Positions 1 to 11,800 of a stretch of 64,000 bases of DNA are shown in pieces (the first letter of the stretch is position 1; each line of letters opens with the position of its first letter). The notes beneath the pieces are model-generated. The model worked only from the letters and a program-made list of their open reading frames with translations, was not told the origin of the DNA and did not search any database. The translations under genes were made by a program, and so were the position numbers. This DNA is from a virus. Location: positions 55,947-119,946 of IMG/VR virus record IMGVR_UViG_3300021962_000036. The stretch is one strand, 5' to 3'.

Positions 1-2793
1 TTATCACAAGCATTTGGAAAAGGAGCAGAAGAACAATTTACAAAACAAGGTTTAAAGACATTCTTAATGGGTGCTTTAACAGGTTCTGTAATCAGACTCC
101 CAACAGCTGTTGCATCACGTTCTTTAGATGCTGCAAATAAAGCTGTTATCAGTAATCAATATAAAAATGATCCAACGTCAAATCCTATTGTAAAAGCTGA
201 AAAGCAATTAGATGAGGACTTGGCACAAATGAACTCATTGTTTAAACAAGCTCATGAGGGTAAGTTTGAACAAAAAGTATTTAACTTTAATGCACAAATG
301 AATGCTGCTCAAGAAGTAGCAGAAGGCGCAGCGCAGGGTTCAAGATATGATTTTGAAAATGGTAAAGATAACTCATTGTTATCTGCTGTAGCAAGTGCAA
401 AACGTACACACTCAATTGACATGCTTTACAAAGCTGTAAAGGATATGGGTGTAGAAATGACTGCTGAAGATTTTGAAAAATCATTTGGTTACAAATTAGA
501 AAACACAAAATATGCTACAGCTCAAGACTTTTCTGAATCTGTAGCTAGAGATATTAAAAAGTATTCTGATACTATTGATAATGTAACAAGTCACGTTAAG
601 AATAAATTAGCCAATCCAATGGCTTATTCTGCAGGTAGTAGAGGTAAATTTGTTACAAGTTTAACAAGACAAGCACAAGAAGATGCTATTCAGGTAATTG
701 CATTGAATAGTGTTAAAGGTGAAATGGCTGCAAATCGTGCTAAACAAGTTGCAAGTGAAATACTAGCTATGCCTAACATGGGCATTTCTGCAGATTTTGC
801 ATTAAGAACTTTGACAAATGCAGGATCAGTTGACGCTGAAGTAGGTAATATTGTTGCAGAACTTAAGATTTTAAATACAAACATGCAGGCAGAAGGTCTT
901 GAACCTGACGCAAAGAAAGCATTGGCTGAACAGATTGCAAATAAACAAGAAGAACTTGCATTAGTTAACAAATGGAAAACATTCTGGGACACTAGAAAAA
1001 ATGTAATAGGGAAAGACTCTGAAGGCAATGATATTGCAGAAGATGAATCTGACTTGTTTGTAGGCCAAAAGTATAGAGGAAAACTTGAAACTCAAGATGA
1101 AAATGGTGACTTTATTTTATCAGAAGAGGAACAGGACTTATTTAGTATAGACCATCCTGAAGTTATAAACACATTCAGAAAGTTAATGTCTATTAAAAAT
1201 AAACAAGCTGGTAACAATACTGAAATATCTGAACAAACACTAAGAGATTCTTTTGAAAAGGTTTATGACTACATGAGATTAGACCAAGACACTAAAGACT
1301 ATATGAGGTCTGTAGATGTGTTAATGAATCCTGAAAATTTCCAAAGAGCATTAGCTAGAATGGCTGATGGTAAGTTTAAACATAAGTTAATCAATTATGT
1401 AGATACAGTATCAGCGCGTTATTCAGTCGCTGCTATGTCTGCTGCAGTAGAACTTGGATTAAATCAACAAGAGTACATAAATCTATTAGCTGATATTGGA
1501 ACTGCTGTAACGTCAAGTGAAGCATACAATAACATTCTTACTTTGGCAGTAGATCCAAATGTTGGTATTGAAAACGCAGAGTATGCTCAAAAATTATCAG
1601 AGCAGATAAATGAAACCATTAAAACTGCAGTTAAAGAAGGTATTGCAAAATACAAGTCTGATGGCATATCTGATTTGTCAGTAGAAGAATTAGATGAAAT
1701 TATTGCAGCTGGTACAATAGATGATGCAAGTGTTAGAAAGTTAGTTATTCTTGACAAGTTAGTAAAGAATCAACCTTTACTTCCTAATGAACAAAAGGTT
1801 TATGATTTGTTTAAAGAAGATTTTGACAAAGAAGCAGAAGCACAGAAAGCTGCACAACCTGTTGCGCAAGAACCTATTATTCCTGTAAATCAAGAAGAGT
1901 TGCCTGAAATTGGCCCTGATGGTGAGTTAGTTGATAGAGTTCCTGTAAATGGTGGTGATCAAGTAGAGGAAGAAGCACCTGTTACATTTGTAGATGAAAA
2001 TGGTGAAGTTGCAGAAGAACCTGCACCTATTGAAACAGAAGTAGAAACTTTAACTCCAGTAGAACCAGCTCAAACACAAACAACAACTGAGGAGGGTGTT
2101 GAAGGTGTTGGTGCTCAAGATGCGTCTAGCATGCTTGCTGGACTACTTGGTATTGAACCTGTAGAGAATGAAGAACCATTTGTTGTTGAAGGTACTACAG
2201 AGTCAGGATTTGATGTTGTAGACAAAAGCAATACTCCAGTAACAAATGAGAAGTTTGAAACAGAAGATAAAGCTCAAGAACTTTCTGACAGTTTAAATGC
2301 TACAAGATTGAACTTAGAGTTTGCTAAACAATTTATATCTCCAATGTTAGAAGATCTTTCTGACAATGGTAAAATTGTAGAGATGCATGATCGTGCGATG
2401 AAATCAATGAAAAGATTTAACAGCATGAACAAGACAAACTTTGAAACTCTTGAAGAATATTACAAGACTCCAAAAGGTAAAGAGTTGTTAAATGGTATTA
2501 GAGATTCTGTCATTTCAGGTCAACCTGTTAAGTATGGTAAACCTAAAGCAATTGTTGTTACAACAAATGATGAGAATCAACCAACATTATTTGATACAAC
2601 AACATCACCAGCAACTTCTGCAAGTTTAACTCTTGAAAGTTTACAAGCATTACACAGTAAAATCCAAGGTTCAATTTCTACACCAGAAGTACAACAAATA
2701 TCAGAAAAAAATAGTAAATTTGTAGAGGGAGGAATTGTCACAGAAGAATCAATTTTAGATGAGTTGAGGAAGATAACTGACTGTTTCTCTTAA
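1..2793 (+). CDS. giant virion cargo/ejection protein 1 (5'-truncated by window edge)
   Basis: Frame is open from position 1 (LSQAFGKGAEEQ... into MGALTG). Helical/acidic protein with a Pro/Glu-rich linker, directly upstream of the virion RNAP as in crAss-like cargo triplets. Only Cys lies in the terminal DCFS. Confidence 0.7.
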   Translation, partial: LSQAFGKGAEEQFTKQGLKTFLMGALTGSVIRLPTAVASRSLDAANKAVISNQYKNDPTSNPIVKAEKQLDEDLAQMNSLFKQAHEGKFEQKVFNFNAQMNAAQEVAEGAAQGSRYDFENGKDNSLLSAVASAKRTHSIDMLYKAVKDMGVEMTAEDFEKSFGYKLENTKYATAQDFSESVARDIKKYSDTIDNVTSHVKNKLANPMAYSAGSRGKFVTSLTRQAQEDAIQVIALNSVKGEMAANRAKQVASEILAMPNMGISADFALRTLTNAGSVDAEVGNIVAELKILNTNMQAEGLEPDAKKALAEQIANKQEELALVNKWKTFWDTRKNVIGKDSEGNDIAEDESDLFVGQKYRGKLETQDENGDFILSEEEQDLFSIDHPEVINTFRKLMSIKNKQAGNNTEISEQTLRDSFEKVYDYMRLDQDTKDYMRSVDVLMNPENFQRALARMADGKFKHKLINYVDTVSARYSVAAMSAAVELGLNQQEYINLLADIGTAVTSSEAYNNILTLAVDPNVGIENAEYAQKLSEQINETIKTAVKEGIAKYKSDGISDLSVEELDEIIAAGTIDDASVRKLVILDKLVKNQPLLPNEQKVYDLFKEDFDKEAEAQKAAQPVAQEPIIPVNQEELPEIGPDGELVDRVPVNGGDQVEEEAPVTFVDENGEVAEEPAPIETEVETLTPVEPAQTQTTTEEGVEGVGAQDASSMLAGLLGIEPVENEEPFVVEGTTESGFDVVDKSNTPVTNEKFETEDKAQELSDSLNATRLNLEFAKQFISPMLEDLSDNGKIVEMHDRAMKSMKRFNSMNKTNFETLEEYYKTPKGKELLNGIRDSVISGQPVKYGKPKAIVVTTNDENQPTLFDTTTSPATSASLTLESLQALHSKIQGSISTPEVQQISEKNSKFVEGGIVTEESILDELRKITDCFS

Positions 2794-2821
2794 TCTTCGT
2801 AAAATCAAAGAATATAAAGGT

Positions 2822-5800
2822 ATGGCATGTCAAATACAAACTGACAAGTACACTTCAGTTGTACTTAACTTAATTAAATTAGACCCTTCAGTATATAGTA
2901 ATTTTGATAACGCTTCAAAGTTTATACTTGGCAGTGCATTGACACCTGAGCAAAAGATGATGTCATTGCATAACATGGCATATATCTACAAGGGCCTGGC
3001 TGGTATTGATAATAAATTTTACAATGCTGGAAATGCTGAAGGTATCATTAGTGCTGTTGTATTAATGGATGATCCATCAAAGTATGTGTCAAGTGTTAGT
3101 GAAATATTAGGTGTCAAGAAACCTTCAGCTTTAAAAGTTGAGAGTATTTCTAAAGCAATTGATAAGCTATCTTCTAAGAAGAACATCACACGTCAAGATT
3201 TAATTTCTTCTGAAGGTATACTTACATCTGTAAAAAACTATTTCAGTGTTACAGTATTTCCTACTAACGAAGAAAGAGAGCAATTACTAAATGAATTTTC
3301 TACTGCAATTAAAACTGCAATTACAGAACATGATTCACCTCAAGCTCACAAAGACTTCTTAATCAAGCAAGTAGATGAAGCAATAAATTCTTTAAGAAAA
3401 TCTTCTAGTTTTATTCCATTGTCAGATATTGCTAATCTAGCAGATTTGAACAATGTATTGATTACTTTGACAAATGGTCAAATGGTTGAGGGCGTTAGAC
3501 AAGATGAGCAATTTAAAATTATTACAAGTGATGGTTCATTACAAACAGTAGAAGCATCACAGATTCTTACAGCAAAAGATGCACGTGTTGCAGATAACTC
3601 AAGAAGTAATGCTGGAGAACAAGTATTTCAAGAACACACTTTACTTTCTAGTTTTTCAATTAAAGCTGTTGATTCAGCGGATCAATTTGAATTAGAAAAG
3701 AAATTGGCTAACATGAAAAATCCACAAGCTGGTATTAAAATTCATGCAGTCAAGTTAAGCGATGTAGCAGATAGAAGAGTAGAACGTATACAAGAAGCTG
3801 CAAAACAAAATCCTAAGTATTCATCTCTAGAGAATAGAGAACATGAGACTTTTGAAAATGCTACACAAATAAAAGCATTACAATCATCTTCTTCTAAGAA
3901 GATTATGACTGTGTCTAGACCTAAAGCAAGTGAACAACAGTTTGTTCTTGTTGGTGAGATTATTGGAAGTGGTGAGAAATTTTATATGTATTCTTCTGAC
4001 AACTTTGTTTTTGTTAGTAGTGATAACACAACAGAAAGAGTTGACTTTACAAATCCAGAACATATGGAATTGGTTAAGTCTCTTGCTGTAAAGAACACAA
4101 AAGAAGGAAACAAATCATTGTCTGATACAGATATCATTGCAATGTCTGAGTCTAATAAATTATTCCAAGGTTTTAAAGCAAGTCTTTCTGACAAGGTTGC
4201 AAGTTTATCTGATAACTCACTTGATGTTACTAGTGAATTTTTTAATGCTTATGAAGCTAGTTCAAAAAGAACAGACATAAACAAAAAACAATTATTAAAG
4301 AATGAGATTGAAGTAGATACTACTTTATCTAAACCTTTGACAGTTGTTACAATGGTAGATGGAGTTATTGCTAATACAGAAGTAGTTAGTGTACCATTCA
4401 TTTATACAAAAGTAAAAAATGACCCATACATCTTAAAACCATTCTTGGCAAAAGGGCAACTTATTCAATTAGAAAATGGTGCTACTGTTTCTCAAGAAGT
4501 ATACGCAAGTGATGTGTTAGGTATTAATCCTTCTGAGATACAAGGTAAAATTGTAAAACCAGAGCATGGTAATCAACTAAACATATTGTTACGTTTCAAC
4601 AATGATGGTACAATTGGATATAGAAGTATTGCTCCTGTATTACAAATGTCTCAGCAAGTAGAGTTTGCAAAATTCATTGTATCATTGGCTAATATTCTTC
4701 AGACATCTGCAAACAGAACTGGTGATATTAGAAACTTTGATAGAAACTCATATGGTTTTAAGTTTTACAATAAAGCAAAACAAGGACCTAATGATGACAA
4801 TAGAGCACCATTGCGTGTAAACTTTGCAACATCAAAAGCAGGACAGTTACAAATAGAAATAAGACCAATGGACAAACAAGGTCCTTATGGTTTTATTGCT
4901 GAAACAGAAAACAAGAATCAATTTAACTTTCCAGTTAATGAAGCTATTATAACAAACTTAGCTAAAGCATTACTAGGAAAGGGTAATTTAGTTAATCAAG
5001 TAAAAGAAGCATATCCTGCTTTGAAGACTTTGGATTTAACAAATACAAAAGACTTAGTTACATTCTATGAGCAGGTAAACAAATTAAGTAATTCAGAAAC
5101 TGCACTTCCTGTTTTAAAACAGTTAAGTGATAGTATTGAGAAAGCTCAAAAAGAATTTGCTGAATACTTGGTTAATAATATTATAAACAAACTTGCTGAA
5201 AGAACAACAATGTTCCCAGAGTTTGTAGAACAATTAAAGAAAGACTTTACATTCAATGGTGTGTACAGACCAGAATTGTTAGTGGCTGACACTGATGAAT
5301 CAGGTGTATTATATCCTAGAATAGAATATGCACAACCTGCAGAACGCAAAGAGTATCGTGAAGATCTTGCAAACTTTAAAATATTACAAGCAAACAGTAA
5401 GAAGTTTACAGTAGTACCAAAAGCTGCAACTCCACAAGTTACAAAATCACAAGAAGTATTAACTCCAATTGTAGAAAGTGAAAAGATTCACAAACAAGAA
5501 CCTTTAAATACAATTGAAGATGACACTACAGATATTCCTGATATTGAAGTATTCTCTTTAGTTGGGGATGAGAATGTTATTGTAGAGACAGATGAACAAA
5601 GATTAGCAGCATCTGAGTGGTTGTCACAATCTTTACCACAATTTGAAATTGATAATGGTTCTCTAGCAGACATTATTGATCTTACTAAATTAGACGGTAC
5701 TGTTCTTGGTGCATTTAAAGATAGAGTTATCTATTTAAATAATGCATTAAAAGGACAAGGTGTAATTTATCATGAAGCTTTCCACGGTGTATTCAGATTC

Positions 5801-8800
5801 TTAATGAGTTCTGAAGAAAGACAAAATCTTATCAATGCTGTTTCTGATAATAAAAAGCATGCTGGTAAGTTCACAGAAAGCGCTCTAAAGGAGTTTGCAC
5901 GTCAACGCAACTATGTGTATAACAAAGAAGAAATGACGCGCTTACAGGCAGAAGAAATTCTAGCTGATGGATTCCAAAACTACATGTTAAAGAATACTAA
6001 ACCAAAAGGTATTCTTGGTCAGTTTATGGCAATGCTTAAAAAGTTATTGGCAATGTTTGCTTCTAAAGGAGCTTACATTGATAACGTGTATGGTAAAATC
6101 AAAAACGGTCAATATAGAAATGAGGTAATCTCTTCTGGTATACATGAAGGTCAAATAGCTTATGAATTAATACCAGGACTTAAGCAGGTAGTATCAACCC
6201 CAGCAGGTGTTGGGCAAAGAACAAGTGTCTTGTCTAAAGCAGATCAAGATCAACTTGTAAACATGCTTGCAGGATATGTAATTGAAGATGGTCAAAAAGA
6301 AGCATTCTCTACAAAATTTGATAGAATTGCTCAGTTAGTATTAGACTATGAATATAACATGGATGTTTTGTTAAGAACAAACTCTGAGTTATTTAAGTCT
6401 AACCCTGGCCTTAAGGAAAAAGTAATCAAAACAATGGGACCTTTGTATGCTAACTACAGATTTATGTTGGGAGCTAGAGCAAAAGGTGAAGCATTGTATG
6501 ATTTAAATACAACAGATAATCCATCTTATGACAACAGGTTTAACAAAAACAATTCTGTTAAAGTATATGGTGAAGAAGAAGCACAGGATAATCACTTGGG
6601 TCAAGTGTCATATGAGATGCTTAAAAAACAAGTTAAAGAGCAAGTTGATAAAGTAAACTCTATTCTTGATGGTACTGAAAAGACTTCTGATAAAGATGTT
6701 GTTGAAAAAGAAATAGCTGGTGCAAATGAAAATACAATTGCAAATGATGATGCAGAAGACGAACAAGAAGTTTCAGAATCATCTGATTTTGATGCTTCAT
6801 TCAATGAGATAAATGCATTAGAGTCTTTGCCAAGACAAATTAGAAAGTTCTTAGCAGTAGTAAGATATGACCAAGTTCACCCAACATTAGGAATTAAAGT
6901 TCCAAGAATGATTGCAGGTGAACAATTGTTTGGTTCACTTATTAAAGTATCTGCAGAGATGGACCCAAGAAATATTATTGAGCACATCAAGATTGTTGCA
7001 GAACAACAAATTGAAGATGGGTACTTTAATTCTGGAAATGACCTAATGGCTGTTTATGACAAGTTAAGTCGTTACACCAAAATGGATGAGTCAGGAACAC
7101 CTCAATCTAATAAGCAATTATATAACATGATAGTTGATGTCTTACATAAGACTGAGATTGATTATGTAATGATTGATGTAAAAACATCACAAACTTTCTT
7201 GGAAGGGGATGAGGTTCTTACAGATACAAGAAACTTTACACTTGTTGATAAAGTACATTCACAAGATGTAAATAATAAGAAAAGAAATTTAGTTACATCT
7301 GTTATTGAGATGTACAAAGAAAATAAAAATAATCCTGAGTACTTAGCTGCAGTAAATAAATTGTTGCAATTGTCACGTACAATTAAGACAAGCAGTTTTA
7401 TTTTAAGTGATGTTACATCTCAAAATGCAAAATTAGAAAGTATTACTACTGAACTACAAAAAGCATTTGAAGATGTAGGCATGAAGTTTCCTAAGTCTTT
7501 GATTAGAATGTCTGTTATGGCAATTGATCAAGTTGATAATAAAGCAACTTTAAATATTACAGGAACTCCATTAACACATTATAATAATCACTCTAAATTT
7601 ATTTCTGAGAAGAAGTATTTAGAAAAAGATTTCTTTACAGATGTGATTAATATATTTGAAAAGATAAGTGTAAACAAAATCTCTTCAAATGACTTTGCAG
7701 TATTGCTTGATGAAAAGAATAGCAAAAGTGATACAGTTAATCGTTTTAACTCAATCATTAAAAAAGCTGCAGAATATATTGTTAAGTATGATCCTAATGA
7801 ATTACCAAGTACTGTGCGTAACGCAGAGGGTAAACCAATTTACAGATACGTAAGTTATACTCCTGCAACTATTATTGCTCAGTCTATACGTACAAAAGGT
7901 TTACTTGAAACTTTAAAAGAAGATCCTTTCTATGCAGATTTCTTAGAATCTTTCTATGCTGATAATGCAATGTTAGGTGACTTACTTAAAGGATTAGATA
8001 CACAAAAAGCAAGAGAAATGAAATTGTTTATGGACAACTTCAAAGTATCATTGTTTGGAGGTGTATCTCAAACTATTGGAGAAAAACAAAAAGAAGGTAA
8101 AAGTTTTAAAAACATTGATGAAAAATCATTGTACATCACAAACATACTTACATTCTTACAAAGAACTACTGAGGCTAGTTTCAAACAAGAACTAGATGAA
8201 AATGGAAAAGTAAAAGATGTAGCTACAAAGATACAAACATATGTACGTTCCTTCTCTCAGTTAGAAGCATCTCAAACAAACTTCTTAGTGACAGCATTGT
8301 ATAATCAATTTGCTGATTCTAAAGGTCTTGTTATGAATGCTGACAAACGTCTTAAAATTGTAGATACTCTTGAGGCTGTTGTAAAACAAGAATACAACCG
8401 TATTGCAAAAGAGTGGGCAAGAAGTGGTGAAAATAAAACAAACTTTGATAATGCTGACTCTAACAAAATCATTAATAAATATAATGGTGAGTTAGATAAG
8501 AATGATAAATCAAAAGCTGTTACAGATAGTTCATCATTAAGAGCTTACAAATTTAATAAGATTGCAGATTTCTTTAGTGCAAATCCAGAGTTAGAGTCTA
8601 ATGAAACTAAAACTGGTTTAGCAGATTTTGCAAAAGAAGGAATTGCATTTGAAGATCTTGATCAAGAGGTTAAAGATGCATTGCTAGATACATTGGAGAA
8701 CTACGCAAAAGAACAGTTAAACAAACATGCTACTAAGCTTATTGATTTAGGTATCCTGCAAAAAGCAATACAAAAACAAAGAAACTCTAAAGGCGATGTA

Positions 8801-11800
8801 ATTACAAGAGGAGTAGGTGGGCCAGAAGCAGAAGCAATTACTTACTATACTTCTACACTTATACCTTCTGTATTAAAAGTTGACAGTGCTCCTGCGGTAT
8901 CTATTGATGGACTTTACCAAAAGACTAAAGAGAACTACAATGAGGCTGGATTTAAAATAGATTCTTCAACTGATTTAAGAGGGTTAGTTGCTGATGCTTT
9001 CTTTAATAACTGGATGAACGCATTACAATTTAATGAGATCATTGATGGTGACATTGCAATGAACGTTAAAGATGCAACTGATTACTTTAAACGTAATAAA
9101 AAATTATTAGCTGGAGGTAGCACAATGAAAGAAGGTTACCATAAAGTAGCTTTCTTAAATACTATTGAAGGATACATCAATGAGAGCTATCCACAGTATG
9201 GTCCTTACTATTCTAAGCAAGAAGTTATTGAAGATGAATCTATTAAGTCAGATGCAGTAAGAGAAAAGATTCTTAAAGAATATGGCTCTTCTATGTATGA
9301 AATATTTGATGGTCAAAGTGTATCATCCCTTATGCATCAAATTGACATGCATGAGTCCATGGGTAGATTGAGTCCTGAAATATTACACTCTCTTATTGCT
9401 AAGCATTACCGTGAGCTTTCTGAAACAGAAATACGCGTAATGGAAGCGGGTAAGGTTGTAAACAATCCTAAGAAGACTGTTACAGCTGCAAGAAATAGTT
9501 ATCATAAACAATCTGAGAACTATATTGACAGAAATGACGTAAGTGTTCTTACACCAAAAGCTGGTCAAAAGGTTAATGATGCTTATGAAGCATTGCATGG
9601 TTTATACATGGACATTTATAACTTGCGTGGACAACGCCAAGATTTAGTTCTTGCTGGTGAATTAGGCGCTCTTACAGATATAGATAACGCTATTATAAAG
9701 AATGTAGAAGAAATTCATACATACTTTAAACCATTACCACACCGTGAGATTTTACATAACATTTTAAATGCTATGGAGTATCATCAAGTTGATCAACTTA
9801 TGGATACCACTGCATCTAAAAATGCTACAATGCTTCCTGTAGATTATGCAACAGAATCAGAAAGAATTGCAGGAAAAGATAGTTATATTAATCTTGCAAT
9901 GTCTTCTTTGAGTGTAGATAATAAGTTCAAGTTCTTACAAGTAGAGACTTCTGGTGTTAAAGATAAAGCTAAGTTTTCTGTACAAAGTAAGGCCCTTATT
10001 GCTGCTGACTTAATTAATCTTGCTGAGATTGCTAGAGTTAGTGGATTAGACATTACAGATTCTGAACAAAAAGCAATTGATAACATTGCTAGTGTTCTTG
10101 AAAATTATCAAAGCACATTAAAAGAAATTGGTGTTTCTAACTTAGCTAATTTAAAAACTATCTTGAGAAAAGATGGTGACTTTGAAGTAGGTAAAATATT
10201 TACACTTATACGTACAAGTTTAGAAGAACAGGGTGCTCCAACAGCAACATTAAAGTTATTTGATGTAGATGCTTCTGGTAAGCCAGTTCATAGTGCAAAC
10301 CTTCCAGGTGTGCGCAACATGCTTGAGTATTATTTCTTTTCACAATATTCTAAAAATGTTACAGATGAAAAAGGTTCTGGTTTTAAAAATATACATATCT
10401 CTTCTTTTGGTTATAATGTACTTGAAGATGAAAATGGAAATGTTATCACTACAGAACAATATCGTAAGAATCCTACAGCTTTTGGTATAGTAAGATCAAG
10501 ACCATTAGGTGTTACCATTGAAGAAGTAAATGGTGTTAAGACTTACTTTGTAGAAACAATCATGCCTAAGCCTTTATTTAAAAGTGCTGCACATGAAAGA
10601 TTTTACATGGAAAACTTAACCAAAATGTTTGGTGTACGTATTCCTACAGAAGATAAGCGTTCAATGATAGCAATCAAAGTAGTTGACTTTATTGATAGTT
10701 CTAACTTGAATGGTGTAATTGTACCACACTTTGTACATTTGCTTGCTGGTTCTGACTTTGACGTAGATGCTTTATATGGTCAAACATTTGCACACTACTT
10801 TGATTTATCAGGTAATCCTAAGTTATATGGTGAGTATCAAGATGGAAAGAATACAAACTTAAACAAGTATGCTGAGTTTGTTCAGTACATGAGTAAGGAT
10901 GCTGATCTAAAAGCGTTAATTAAAAAAGAAACAAAAGGACTACTTGAAAATAGTTCTTATGAAATAACAGAAGAAGCTTTAAGTATTCTATACCATTCTG
11001 GATTTGATGAGTCAGATTATAATGGTGCAATGAATTTTGCAGAACTTAAAGAATCTTATGATAATCTTGTTATTGACATTGAGGAATTGATGGAAATAAG
11101 AGATGAAGCTAAAGAAGAGTTTGTTGATGCTATTAGAAGAAATGAAGTTAATCCTTCAGATAGACGCGCACTACAAGATAGACTTGATTTAGGCAAAGAG
11201 GTAGGTGAGTATAATGAAGAACTTGGACAGAAACGTGATCAAAGAAATCAATATGGTAGAGAAGTAAGTAGAGCTAAGCGTTTTACATTTGCAGGACTGA
11301 AAGTTGCTGCTACATTACAAGCGTTTACTAAGATGGGATTACCAACAAGTGCACAAGCATTTGAAGCAAATCCTAACTATGCATTATCTGTACGTCCTAT
11401 ATTCCAAAATAAAAACTTACAAGCTAAATTAGACATTGTTTCTAATGAGGCTGTACACAAATTCTTGTACATTCACGAAAGATCTTCTACTCAACGTTTT
11501 GAAGATATCTTAGAATCATTTGGTATTGACATTAAAGATTTCTCTACCAAATATAATATGTACACAACTGATGGTGTAGTTTCCACAAAAGTAGGAAACG
11601 CCATGAACAAGGATGGTATTGGTATTACAGCAAACATTAACAAGTTCTTGGCTCTTGCATCTCAATATGGTTTGGAATTAAAACCTGAAAATGTTATTTG
11701 GGCATTTAAAAATGCAGATTTAGACCAAGTAAACTTGAATAAATTTGGTACATTAAATGCTGAAGATCAACGTGTTATAGCATTAATTGGTAACATTCTT

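Noticed and set aside
2715-2722. TAAATTTG as an internal promoter for the RNAP gene
   Set aside because: It matches the -7 box but has no TTG at the expected distance and lies in coding sequence, so support is insufficient.
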